DNA of 64,000 bases from a bacterium. GTDB lineage: Bacteria > Elusimicrobiota > Elusimicrobia > UBA1565 > UBA9628. Below are positions 1 to 8,649 of this stretch, one piece after another. Position 1 is the first letter of the stretch. Every line of letters begins with the position of its first letter. The notes under the pieces were generated by a model, which saw nothing but the letters and a program-made list of their open reading frames with translations, was not told the origin of the DNA and did not search any database. The stretch lies in the NCBI GenBank assembly GCA_021822495.1, contig JAKAQO010000005.1:42548-106547 (forward strand), written 5' to 3'. The translations under genes were made by a program, and so were the position numbers.

Positions 1-2
1 CC

Positions 3-803
3 TTGGCCTTGGTGCGTTTCGGGTTAAGAGCTCCTAATGACCCCAAAATTCTAGATACTGTCAAAGTCATTGACGCTCTTCTCAAAAGTGAGACCAAAAC
101 GGGAGTTTCCTGGAGAAGATACAACGGAGATGGTTACGGCGAACACGAAGACGGAACTCCGTTTAATGGCACCGGAGTAGGCCGTCCGTGGCCTCTTTTA
201 GCTTTGGAGCGCGCGATGTATGAGTTGGCCTTAGGCCGCAAAGAGGCGGTTCAAGAGATAGTTAAAGCCGTAACCGCCCAAACCAGCGCCGGCGGGCTCA
301 TTCCTGAACAAATTTGGGACGAAAAAGACATTCCGGAGCGGGAACTTTTTAACGGGCGCCCCGCGGGGTCTGCCATGCCGCTAGTCTGGGCCCATGCGGA
401 ATACATCAAACTGATGAGGTCTCTGAGAGACGGAAAAGTTTTTGATATGCCGCCTCAGCCGGTTGAACGCTATCAGAAAAAACCGATGCGCCCTTGGGGG
501 CGAATGTGGAGGCTCAACCATCGTCTAAGAAGGCTTCCCGTCGGAAGAATATTGAGAATCGGCCTTTTTGACCCCGCCGTCATTCGTTATTCCTTTAATG
601 AAGGAAAAACCTGGTCTGAAATCACCGCTAAGGACTGCGGCTTGGGCATTTATTGCGCCGACCTTGAAAGCAAAGACCTTCCCATTGGTTCTAAAATTTC
701 ATTTACTTTCTTTTGGACTGAATCTCAAAAACAAGATGACCAAAATTTCGAGGTTGAAATCGTGACGGAAAAATCTTTTTCCTCCGATTGGACTCATTCA
801 TGA
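3..803 (+). CDS. Glucoamylase/glucodextranase (GH15) C-terminal fragment; the 5' end lies outside the window
   Basis: The motifs RYNGDGYGE..DGTPF..GRPWPLL..ERAMYEL and LIPEQIWDE are typical of bacterial GH15 catalytic domain C-terminal halves. The ORF is open to the window edge. Confidence 0.45.
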   Translation: MALVRFGLRAPNDPKILDTVKVIDALLKSETKTGVSWRRYNGDGYGEHEDGTPFNGTGVGRPWPLLALERAMYELALGRKEAVQEIVKAVTAQTSAGGLIPEQIWDEKDIPERELFNGRPAGSAMPLVWAHAEYIKLMRSLRDGKVFDMPPQPVERYQKKPMRPWGRMWRLNHRLRRLPVGRILRIGLFDPAVIRYSFNEGKTWSEITAKDCGLGIYCADLESKDLPIGSKISFTFFWTESQKQDDQNFEVEIVTEKSFSSDWTHS

Positions 804-1591
804 AAAGTCTTCTTAACGCTTTGCAAGAAGGCCGCCTGGTTGAACTCCCTGAAACCGATAAAGCCAAAGCCCTTGAGTATCTCGCGCATCTTATCGAGGC
901 GGTTCCCGACTTGGGAGTGCGCCCGGAACTGGCGGAAATGATGATTGCACGGGAAAAAGCTCAAAACACGGGAATCGGCCTTGGAGTCGCTTGTCCCCAT
1001 GTGCGAACCGATGGAGAAGGAGAACTTTTGTGTTCTCTCGGTTGGAGCCCGCAAGGAATTGAATACGGCTCTTCCGATGGCAAAAAAGTTCACCTGGTCG
1101 CGATGTATTATATTCCGGTTTCTCAAAAAGGCGCCTATTTAAAGGAAGTGTCTTCTTTGGTCGCATCCGTTCGCCGGGAAGGCTGGATTCAAGAAATCGC
1201 CAATGCCGCCGATATCGCGAGCGTTCGGGAAAGGCTTTTGGACTGGGTCTCAAATTCCATTGACCAAAGCGCTCCGGATACCAAAGCGCGCATGATTCGT
1301 CTGGAAGCCAAGCAAGCGGAAGCTTTTGCCGCGTCCTCGGCCTCTCCTGCCGTCGCGGAAGGACGCCCTTTATCGGTGGCGACGGTTCTTATTTTGATCG
1401 TGGCCGATAAAGCGTTCGCCTTAAGCGAAAAAAATGATTTAGTCGCGGCTTTGGAAAGCGACCGCTCTCTCAAAGAAATGGTTCTTCAAAAACAGCCTTT
1501 TTCAAAAGCCGGGTATTCTCTCACTTTCAGATCCGTGACCCACTACGGAGAGCGCTCGCTTTACGAATATCTCGCCGTCAAACCCGTCTAA
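800..1591 (+). CDS. PTS EIIA type-2 (EIIA-Ntr/PtsN-like) domain protein with a roughly 110-aa C-terminal extension
   Basis: GIGLGVACPHVRTDG contains the phospho-His consensus of PTS_EIIA_2. The ATG at 800 overlaps the upstream TGA (ATGA coupling). The ORF tracker's ATG at 788 is the alternative start. Confidence 0.5.
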   Translation: MKSLLNALQEGRLVELPETDKAKALEYLAHLIEAVPDLGVRPELAEMMIAREKAQNTGIGLGVACPHVRTDGEGELLCSLGWSPQGIEYGSSDGKKVHLVAMYYIPVSQKGAYLKEVSSLVASVRREGWIQEIANAADIASVRERLLDWVSNSIDQSAPDTKARMIRLEAKQAEAFAASSASPAVAEGRPLSVATVLILIVADKAFALSEKNDLVAALESDRSLKEMVLQKQPFSKAGYSLTFRSVTHYGERSLYEYLAVKPV

Positions 1592-1618
1592 AAAAGGGGA
1601 CTGTCCCCTTTTTTTTTC
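1590..1618. terminator. REP palindrome (core GGGGACTGTCCCC, 1596-1608) flanked by A- and T-tracts; bidirectional intrinsic-terminator-like
   Basis: A perfect 6-bp stem GGGGAC/GTCCCC with a 1-nt loop, A-run 5' and T-run 3', sits immediately after the TAA of the EIIA gene. Confidence 0.6.
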
Positions 1619-1656
1619 TGGAAAAGTAAAAAATTGGTAAAAACGGGAAAAACCCC

Positions 1657-1685
1657 TTGACAGCGGGGCCTTCGCGCTTTACACT
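1657..1685 (+). promoter_or_regulatory. Possible sigma70-like promoter: TTGACA, 17 bp spacer, TACACT
   Basis: TTGACA lies at 1657-1662 and TACACT at 1680-1685. The ORF tracker's TTG start at 1657 is in fact this -35 hexamer. If the promoter is real, the mRNA is leaderless or nearly so (ATG at 1693). Confidence 0.25.
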
Positions 1686-1692
1686 TAAGGGT

Positions 1693-4086
1693 ATGAGAAC
1701 AAAGTATTTTCTCGGGGCGTTTTTTTTAGCGACTCTTGAATTGGCAACGCTTTCTTCCTTTACGTTCGCGGATTCGGATTCAGATAACAACCAATATCTT
1801 CCGCCCCAGGTAGTTCAAAAAGAAGAGCTTAAAATTGCCGCCAAAAATGATGACATGGCGCCCATCGTGCTCCAGGTTAAAAACGACTATCAAGGCCGCC
1901 TAACGCCTGGCCAACTTCATAGTTTTGATCAATATGTCGCGTCTAGGGAAACTATTCGGGACAGTATCCGAAAATACATTCCTAATATTGATTTCAGCCA
2001 TCCCAATCAAGATCATCCTGAAATTTTGCAAGCCATTCAACAACATCCTGACCTCTATCAAAAAATGAACGTTTTTGGAAAAGAAAGCGCGCGGAATTTA
2101 GAAGCCATACAAGAAAACCCAAAAACAGGAGACCCTTTTCTTTCGGCGATTTTTAAAGCCGATGGTTTTGGACGAGATATCCTGAAGATTTACGCTCCCG
2201 GAGGCTCTCACAGTTCCGCCTCGCCGACAGCCGCCGATTACGTCCTTCAAGGGCGTTTAGCTTCTTCTTCCGGAGACAATAAGGCCGCGCTCAAAGACGC
2301 CAAGGCGGCAACGAAAATGGATCCCCAAAACGCCTCCGCCCAAACTTTACTCGCCCAGTCAGCCTTTCAAACCGGCAACTATCCCGAGGCGGCCTCCGCC
2401 GCCCAAGAAGTGTTGCAAAACCATCCCAAGGATAAAACCGCTTTGGCTATTTACGGACTCTCGGAAGGAAGAAATCCAAGAGTGGATGAACCTTCAACCT
2501 CTAACGCCGCGCCAAATTCCGCCATGCCTTTTCAATCCAACAGCTACGCCGCCGCGCAAGGCATCGCCTCTCCCGGAGATTCTCCTGCGGCATTGCCCAC
2601 AGCGCCCTCTTCCGTGCCCTTGGACGCCAATCTCGCTTTTCACATGGGAAATTACCGGGACGCCTTGGCCGGGGCCGATCAGGCGCTTAAGGCCAATCCG
2701 GCGGATATCGCGGCCAACCTCCTCGCCGCTGAGTCCTATGCGGGAATGGGAGATTACGGCAATGCCTTGAACATGGTCAAGGCGGGACTTCAGACCTCCC
2801 CGAACAGCCCCAGGCTTCTGAACCTGCGCTCGCAATATCTTTCAAGACAAGGGCGTTATCGCAAAGCTCTCGCATCTTCTGATGTAGTTCTCGAGGGGAA
2901 TCCCCAGAATGCCGAGGGATACTACAGCCGCGCCATGGCTTTAGCGGGAGTGGGAGACAGAAATGGGGTCATTGATTCTCTCAAAAGAGCCGCCGAGCTG
3001 GACATGAAATATCAGAAGCTTGCTCAAAAAGCCGCGAGCCTGCCCCTTAACTCAGACCTCAGGCTTTTATTTAACGGCCCCGGTAAAAAAGGATATTCTA
3101 GACTGGGCTTCTTGGGTCTTCCTTGGATTCCCAGGGTTAACACGCGGGGAAAAATGATTTTAGGAATTATTCTTTTGTCCTTGTCTGGCTTCATGTTTTT
3201 TGGAAGCAAAAAAACTTTTGCTCGTGCCAAATCTGAAATGCCCTTGCCTGAGTCCGAGGGAAAAACGATAATTCTCTCCGCCAATCGCATCGCCGGGCAA
3301 TATCAAATCGTTCGCCGAATTGGATCTGGAGGAATGGGCCTTGTGTATGAGGGGACCGACGTCAATTTGGGACGAAAGGTGGCCATTAAACATTTAAGAG
3401 AAGATTTAGCGGGCAACCCCCAGGAAAAAGCGCGTTTCTTGTCCGAAGCGCGTTTAGTTGCCTCCTTGGACCACCCCAATATTCTTCGCATTTATTCGAT
3501 TGCCGAGGAAAAAAATGAGGTCTATCTTATTTTTGAGTTCATCGAAGGGAAAACCTTGGAGGAATGGACTCAAGGACGCAAACTCAGTCTTTCCCAGACT
3601 TTTCAAGTCTTTAAGCCAGTAGCCCAGGCCTTGGATTATGCGCATGAAAAAGGCATTATCCACCGCGATATGAAGCCTTCCAATATCATGATTGGAAATA
3701 ACGGAGTCGTTCACGTGATGGATTTTGGAGTGGCCCGAGTAGCCAAAGACCCGTCGATGACCTCACAAATGACCAAAACCATCGTCGGCACTCCGGCTTA
3801 CATGGCGCCGGAAACCCAAGACGGGTTTGTCTCCAGGGAATCGGATATTTACGGCCTGGCGGTCTGCGTCTATGAATCTCTGACCGGCCAACTGCCTTTT
3901 GCCGCGACTCCCACGGGAACGGTCAATAAAATCAAACGCGTCTATCCCTTGCTTTCAGGCTTGGGCCTTCCCAAAACGATGGACCCTATTTTTAACCGCG
4001 CCTTTGACCCCAACCCCGCTTCGCGTTTTAAAAGCGCCAAGGAATTTATGTCGGAACTGGAGAAAACGGACGGAGTCGCGGTTTAG
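1693..4086 (+). CDS. Hanks-type Ser/Thr protein kinase with an N-terminal signal peptide and TPR periplasmic domain, one TM helix, and a C-terminal kinase domain
   Basis: Kinase motifs are all present: GSGGMGLVYEG, VAIKHL, HRDMKPSNIM, DFGVAR and GTPAYMAPE. TPR-like repeats occur upstream of the TM segment ILGIILLSLSGFMFF. The signal-peptide-like N-terminus is MRTKYFLGAFFLATLELATLSS. Confidence 0.8.
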   Translation: MRTKYFLGAFFLATLELATLSSFTFADSDSDNNQYLPPQVVQKEELKIAAKNDDMAPIVLQVKNDYQGRLTPGQLHSFDQYVASRETIRDSIRKYIPNIDFSHPNQDHPEILQAIQQHPDLYQKMNVFGKESARNLEAIQENPKTGDPFLSAIFKADGFGRDILKIYAPGGSHSSASPTAADYVLQGRLASSSGDNKAALKDAKAATKMDPQNASAQTLLAQSAFQTGNYPEAASAAQEVLQNHPKDKTALAIYGLSEGRNPRVDEPSTSNAAPNSAMPFQSNSYAAAQGIASPGDSPAALPTAPSSVPLDANLAFHMGNYRDALAGADQALKANPADIAANLLAAESYAGMGDYGNALNMVKAGLQTSPNSPRLLNLRSQYLSRQGRYRKALASSDVVLEGNPQNAEGYYSRAMALAGVGDRNGVIDSLKRAAELDMKYQKLAQKAASLPLNSDLRLLFNGPGKKGYSRLGFLGLPWIPRVNTRGKMILGIILLSLSGFMFFGSKKTFARAKSEMPLPESEGKTIILSANRIAGQYQIVRRIGSGGMGLVYEGTDVNLGRKVAIKHLREDLAGNPQEKARFLSEARLVASLDHPNILRIYSIAEEKNEVYLIFEFIEGKTLEEWTQGRKLSLSQTFQVFKPVAQALDYAHEKGIIHRDMKPSNIMIGNNGVVHVMDFGVARVAKDPSMTSQMTKTIVGTPAYMAPETQDGFVSRESDIYGLAVCVYESLTGQLPFAATPTGTVNKIKRVYPLLSGLGLPKTMDPIFNRAFDPNPASRFKSAKEFMSELEKTDGVAV

Positions 4087-4101
4087 AGTTGAGAGGAAAT
4101 T

Positions 4102-5697
4102 ATGTCTAAGGTTGATGTCATAGAAGCGAGACGAGCCCTGCGCCGAAAAAAGCGCGACAAGAAAGGCGGCGGGTTCTGGCTTTTGTGGAATAAAATTCGC
4201 TCTGCTTTGGGACTTGCCTCGGAAGAAGCGGGGGCTGGCGGCGCTTCAGCCGGAGGAAGTGCCCTATCCGGCGGTGGCGCGGCGGCCTCTGCCGCGTCAA
4301 GAGGAGCGGCGGAAGCTTTAGAAGCCGGACAAGGGCTCGGACGGGTTTCGGTTCTGAGTTCTGGCATGGCCACGCCCGCCTCTCAAAGTTCCATTTGGGC
4401 CACGCGCGCGGCTCTGGCGGCGGCGGGAATGGGGGTCGTCGCCGCGGGAGCGATTGGCTTTTCTCGCGCATTTTCAAATTCATCCGCCAAGGCCGGCCCG
4501 CATTTTGGCCCCATTGCGTCCCTAATTCATATTTTTAGGCCGCAATATGGAGCCTCAAAATCCTCCGCGAATTCCCTAGCCTCGGGAAATTCCGCCTCTT
4601 CCTTGGCTTCGCGCGCGGGCCAATCAAATTCCCCTAACTCCGGCAAAGCGGGAAAGGCCTCTTCCGCCAAAGACTCCGGAAAGACTGCGGCCTTTCCTTC
4701 CGCTTTCAACGGACTTCCTTCCGCCAAATTGAGCACGGATTTAAATGACGGCGGTCCCGTGGCCGCGCAATCTCTCAAAGAGGCAGGCCAAGGGGCGCAG
4801 GAAGCGGCCTTGGTTAAAAACGGTCAATTTAGCGCGAATAATAAAATTGCGGTCACCCCGATGGCGGCAGCGGCCTTATCGCCCTATCTTGTCGCCGGTG
4901 TCTCTATTGGAACCAAGGGCCGCGGCTTTAGCCGCTCTTACGGCGGCCTTCGCGGAATGTCGGAGTACGTTCACCCCATGGACGCTTCCGCCTCCGGATG
5001 CGCCTCGGGAGATTCTTCCTGCGATTCCGCCGCCGGGAACGCCATCAATCAATGGCAAAACGCGCCTATTGTCGAAAGCGGTCAAGGAATTTCAATGGGC
5101 GGCGCCAACGCTGGAACTTCGGATAATCCTCCACCGGCCAATTCTTCAAGCGGAGGCGGAGGGGGAAACACTGCCGGTAATTACGGCAACATGGCGGGAG
5201 ATATTTCCAATGTCTGTTCGGCCGATCAAATTCAAAAGGGATATGTCTCAAATGGCAATTCTTGCGTGCCCGGGTTTACGCCGGGTCAGAAAAATTCCAC
5301 CCCATGGCAAGCCCAGGTTGATTTAAGCAGACTTTTAACACAAATTGCCAGTGGCATTGTTATGGCAGCAGCGATTTATTTCCTACTTGCGGATATCTTA
5401 TTTGGTTCTGGATTTGGACCGCAAACCCTCATGGCAACTTATTTCCGTATGACTGCAAAGATTTTGGCCTGGGTCGCAGCCGCCATGGGAGTAGCAGTTA
5501 TTGGCCTTGGTGGATATATCGTTGCACAGGGTGGTGGAATGCAAGGTTGGACAAGCGTTATTACGGGTGGTATCATTACGACTTCGAGTGTTGTTGAAGC
5601 CATTGATCCTGCTGGTTTTACAAGCATGAATGAAACGATGCTCTTAACTTCTATCGCCTTGGGATCTGTTGTAACGATGCTCGCAAACTTACTATAG
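4102..5697 (+). CDS. Low-complexity Gly/Ala/Ser-rich membrane protein, paralog A
   Basis: A GAGAGG RBS precedes the start. The N-terminus is basic with a WLLWNKI motif, followed by a TM helix and a long G/A/S/N-rich region. A two-Cys motif GDISNVCSADQIQKGYVSNGNSCV is followed by three C-terminal TM helices. Confidence 0.6.
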   Translation: MSKVDVIEARRALRRKKRDKKGGGFWLLWNKIRSALGLASEEAGAGGASAGGSALSGGGAAASAASRGAAEALEAGQGLGRVSVLSSGMATPASQSSIWATRAALAAAGMGVVAAGAIGFSRAFSNSSAKAGPHFGPIASLIHIFRPQYGASKSSANSLASGNSASSLASRAGQSNSPNSGKAGKASSAKDSGKTAAFPSAFNGLPSAKLSTDLNDGGPVAAQSLKEAGQGAQEAALVKNGQFSANNKIAVTPMAAAALSPYLVAGVSIGTKGRGFSRSYGGLRGMSEYVHPMDASASGCASGDSSCDSAAGNAINQWQNAPIVESGQGISMGGANAGTSDNPPPANSSSGGGGGNTAGNYGNMAGDISNVCSADQIQKGYVSNGNSCVPGFTPGQKNSTPWQAQVDLSRLLTQIASGIVMAAAIYFLLADILFGSGFGPQTLMATYFRMTAKILAWVAAAMGVAVIGLGGYIVAQGGGMQGWTSVITGGIITTSSVVEAIDPAGFTSMNETMLLTSIALGSVVTMLANLL

Positions 5698-5718
5698 AAT
5701 TTTAATCTTGGAGGCTCT

Positions 5719-7302
5719 ATGAAAAAAGCCACGATTAATTTAAAAGAAATGCCGGGAAAAGTGATCAGTTCTCCGGCGAAAAAAGAGAAAAAAAGAGCCG
5801 GGCTTGCCTGGCTTTGGAGTAAAATTAAAGCCCCCTTTGTCGGCGCGACCGGCGGTGACGGCGCGGCCGGAGGTCTTGCATCCGCCTCTCGTGCGGGCGG
5901 AGTGTTGGAAGAAATCGGCAGTTCCGCCGCGGAAGAAGCCGGAGGCTTGGCCCGCGGAGCCGGAGAACTTGCGGAAGAAGCCGGAGGCTTAGGTCAACAA
6001 TTTGATGAACTCGCCGCGAGAGTCGCGGCCCGCTTAGGAGCGGAGGCTTCTCCCTGGGTCGGAAAAGCGATTATGGCGGCAATTACCGCCGGAGTCGTGG
6101 CAACCGGGGTTTTGGCCGCCCATCATTTAATGAGTGCCTCTGGAAGTTTAAAAACGCCTTACGGCGGCCCTATCGCTTCGGGAATTAACGCCCATCCATC
6201 GGGTCCCAATGCTATCGGAAACACCCCAACCGGTTATGTCGCTTCCAGAGCCAATACCGTAGCCGGAAATAATACCGCTACGCCCCAATCCGCCAAAACG
6301 CCCACTTCAGGAAAAACAGCGGTCCCCAATGTTCCTACTCCCTCAGGTGGGAAAACTCCAAATCTTGGGAGTCTCGCCATGCCTTCAAACGCCTCTTTTG
6401 GAGGCGGAGCTCCCATTGGGGGGGCGGGGGCCGCTCCTCAGTATATGGGTCAAGCCGCACAGGAAGCGGCGATGCAGAAAATTGCCTGGAAGCCTCAAGC
6501 AACAGTCACGGCCATGACTTCTCAAAACGCTAACATTAACAGGGGAAGCATGGGTTTTAGAGGCGGGCGGGCATTCAGGAATGGTCAAAGCTTGGCGGCC
6601 TTGCGCTCGGCGGTCGGCTATAATGCCGCGATGAACGGATACAGCAATGGCAATTCAGGTGCCGCGCAAAACGCCATCAATCAATTCGACAATCAGATGA
6701 CCTCGGGCGGCGGGATTTCCGCAGGAGGCATCACGACCGGAAGCGCGGATTCCGCCAATTCCGTAGGCGGACAAACTCCATCCATGATGGGGGGAGGCGG
6801 CGGAGGGAGCGGCTATGGCACGTCAAGCGCCGGAGATATCGGCCAAGTTTGCACGGCCGACCAACTTAGCAAGGGTTGGATTAGCAATGGGAGCGCTTGC
6901 GTTCAGCCGCCGGGCGCTGGTGGAGGCAACAATGCTTCCCCATGGCAATGGGCGCTTAACCTAGCTAATATGCTTCTTGGAATTGCGGGTTCACTCGTTA
7001 TCGTTGCTGGCATTCTTGTAGCGACTGGGTATGCAGACCCCGTTTTTCAAGGATGGCAAATACCAATTGGCGACATATTGGCAGGAATAGCGATTGGAAT
7101 GGGTGTTGCCGCTGCTTATTTGGCGACAAGGATCGGCTCAGCAGGCGGACATCAACAAGCTTTGATGGTTGGTCTTGAATCCATATCCGTCATCGCAGGC
7201 GGAGTTATGGTTTTCTTTGGTGGGACAGGTTGGGGTCTTTTCAATCTTGCCACGATAGCTCTTGGCGCCATGGCTGTGTTAGGGCCTCTGTTAGGTGGAT
7301 GA
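5719..7302 (+). CDS. Low-complexity Gly/Ala/Ser-rich membrane protein, paralog B
   Basis: A GGAGG RBS precedes the start. The architecture matches the upstream gene: WLWSKIK, GPIAS, NAINQF, the two-Cys motif GDIGQVCTADQLSKGWISNGSACV, and C-terminal TM helices. Confidence 0.6.
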   Translation: MKKATINLKEMPGKVISSPAKKEKKRAGLAWLWSKIKAPFVGATGGDGAAGGLASASRAGGVLEEIGSSAAEEAGGLARGAGELAEEAGGLGQQFDELAARVAARLGAEASPWVGKAIMAAITAGVVATGVLAAHHLMSASGSLKTPYGGPIASGINAHPSGPNAIGNTPTGYVASRANTVAGNNTATPQSAKTPTSGKTAVPNVPTPSGGKTPNLGSLAMPSNASFGGGAPIGGAGAAPQYMGQAAQEAAMQKIAWKPQATVTAMTSQNANINRGSMGFRGGRAFRNGQSLAALRSAVGYNAAMNGYSNGNSGAAQNAINQFDNQMTSGGGISAGGITTGSADSANSVGGQTPSMMGGGGGGSGYGTSSAGDIGQVCTADQLSKGWISNGSACVQPPGAGGGNNASPWQWALNLANMLLGIAGSLVIVAGILVATGYADPVFQGWQIPIGDILAGIAIGMGVAAAYLATRIGSAGGHQQALMVGLESISVIAGGVMVFFGGTGWGLFNLATIALGAMAVLGPLLGG

Positions 7303-7412
7303 TTGGAGTCTCGGGGGAGTCTTAGGAGTCTTAGGGACACATCACCTAATTGAATGTCCTGTCGCCGGGTTGCCGGGATTAAGTATTGTGTCCCTAGAAT
7401 TTCCCCAGAAAC

Positions 7413-7447
7413 ATGTTATACTAAAGTATAACTTTAATATAACATGT
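7413..7447. promoter_or_regulatory. Palindromic operator/promoter overlapping the start codon of the DUF4143 ATPase gene
   Basis: The sequence is CATGTTATACTAAAGTATAACTTTAATATAACATG. It contains inverted repeats CATGTTATA/TATAACATG and an inner GTTATAC/GTATAAC pair, with TATAAT-like elements. Confidence 0.4.
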
Positions 7448-8589
7448 ATAAAAGAATCCAGACTTTAAAAAATTTGGGGCGGGATTCTTGTTTTCTTTGG
7501 GGAGCCAGGCAAACCGGAAAAAGCACGCTTTTGGGACGTCTCTTTCCGGATTCTCGAAAATACGATCTCCTTCTTTCCGATGAATTCGCGCGCTTGTCGA
7601 CCCGCCCTTCGCTTCTCAGGGAAGAAATTCTGGAGTCTCCGCTCCCACATAAGCCGGTCATTATTGATGAGGCGCAGAAAATTCCATCTCTTCTTGATGA
7701 GGCTCAATGGCTCATCGTCAATAAAGGCATTCAATTTATTTTTTGCGGCTCAAGCGCTAGAAAACTTAAAAGGGGCGGGGCCAATCTTTTAGGCGGACGC
7801 GCCCTTCGTTATGATCTTTTTCCTCTTGTCTATCCGGAAATTCCGGATTTCGACCTCTTGCGCGCGCTCAATAACGGCCTCATTCCAAGGCATTACCAAT
7901 CCGATCACGCCCCGGATCTTTTGCGCTCCTATGTCGGCGATTATTTGAAAGAAGAGATTTACGCTGAAGCCGCGGTTCGGCGAATTCCGGCTTTTTCGCG
8001 TTTTCTGGAAGCCTCGGCATTCAGCAACGGAGAAATAGTTAATTTTCAGAATATCGCCGCCGAATGCGGCGTCAGCGGCCCGACCGTCAAACAATATTTT
8101 CAAATTCTTGAAGACACGCTGTTGGCGAGATTTATTTCCTCATTTCGGAAAAAGCCCAAACGACGCGTGGTGCAAGCGCCGAAGTTTTATTTTTTCGATG
8201 TCGGACTCGCCAACTTCCTTCTTAATCGCGGAAAAATCTTGCCCAAAAGCGAGTCGTTTGGAAAGGCTTTCGAACATTTTATCTGCCAGGAAATCTCGGC
8301 TCACAGCCATTACTCGGGGCTCCATTACCCAATTTATTATTGGCGAACCTCCTCTCAATTCGAAGTCGATTTTATCCTGGGAGATCATCAAGTCGCCGTG
8401 GAGATTAAGGCGGCGGAGCGGGCGGAAGAGCGGCATCTAAAGGGCATTCGCGCATTTCGAGAAGAATATAAAACCCAGAAGGCGATTCTCGTCTCCTTGG
8501 ATCCAAGGCCGCGCGTCATTGATGGGGTTTCCATTCTCCCTTGGAAAGAATTTCTCTCCCGGCTTTGGGCCGAAGAAATTATTTATTAA
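7444..8589 (+). CDS. AAA+ ATPase of the AAA_14 + DUF4143 family
   Basis: Walker A is GARQTGKST and Walker B-like is IIDEAQKIP. The C-terminal region is typical of DUF4143. Confidence 0.65.
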   Translation: MYKRIQTLKNLGRDSCFLWGARQTGKSTLLGRLFPDSRKYDLLLSDEFARLSTRPSLLREEILESPLPHKPVIIDEAQKIPSLLDEAQWLIVNKGIQFIFCGSSARKLKRGGANLLGGRALRYDLFPLVYPEIPDFDLLRALNNGLIPRHYQSDHAPDLLRSYVGDYLKEEIYAEAAVRRIPAFSRFLEASAFSNGEIVNFQNIAAECGVSGPTVKQYFQILEDTLLARFISSFRKKPKRRVVQAPKFYFFDVGLANFLLNRGKILPKSESFGKAFEHFICQEISAHSHYSGLHYPIYYWRTSSQFEVDFILGDHQVAVEIKAAERAEERHLKGIRAFREEYKTQKAILVSLDPRPRVIDGVSILPWKEFLSRLWAEEIIY

Positions 8590-8608
8590 AAAAGGGACAG
8601 TCCCTTTC
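8589..8608. terminator. REP short-stem variant (GGGACAGTCCC, 8594-8604) directly after the ATPase TAA
   Basis: The A-tract/palindrome/T-tract structure is present. Confidence 0.5.
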
Positions 8609-8649
8609 CAAACCCTAAGTCTTGTGTCCCCAGAATTTCAGAATTCCCA

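Noticed and set aside
1657-1692. The ORF tracker's TTG start at 1657 for the kinase gene.
   Set aside because: The TTG is the first codon of a TTGACA -35-like hexamer. The ATG at 1693 begins a textbook signal peptide (MRTKYFLGAFFLATL...).
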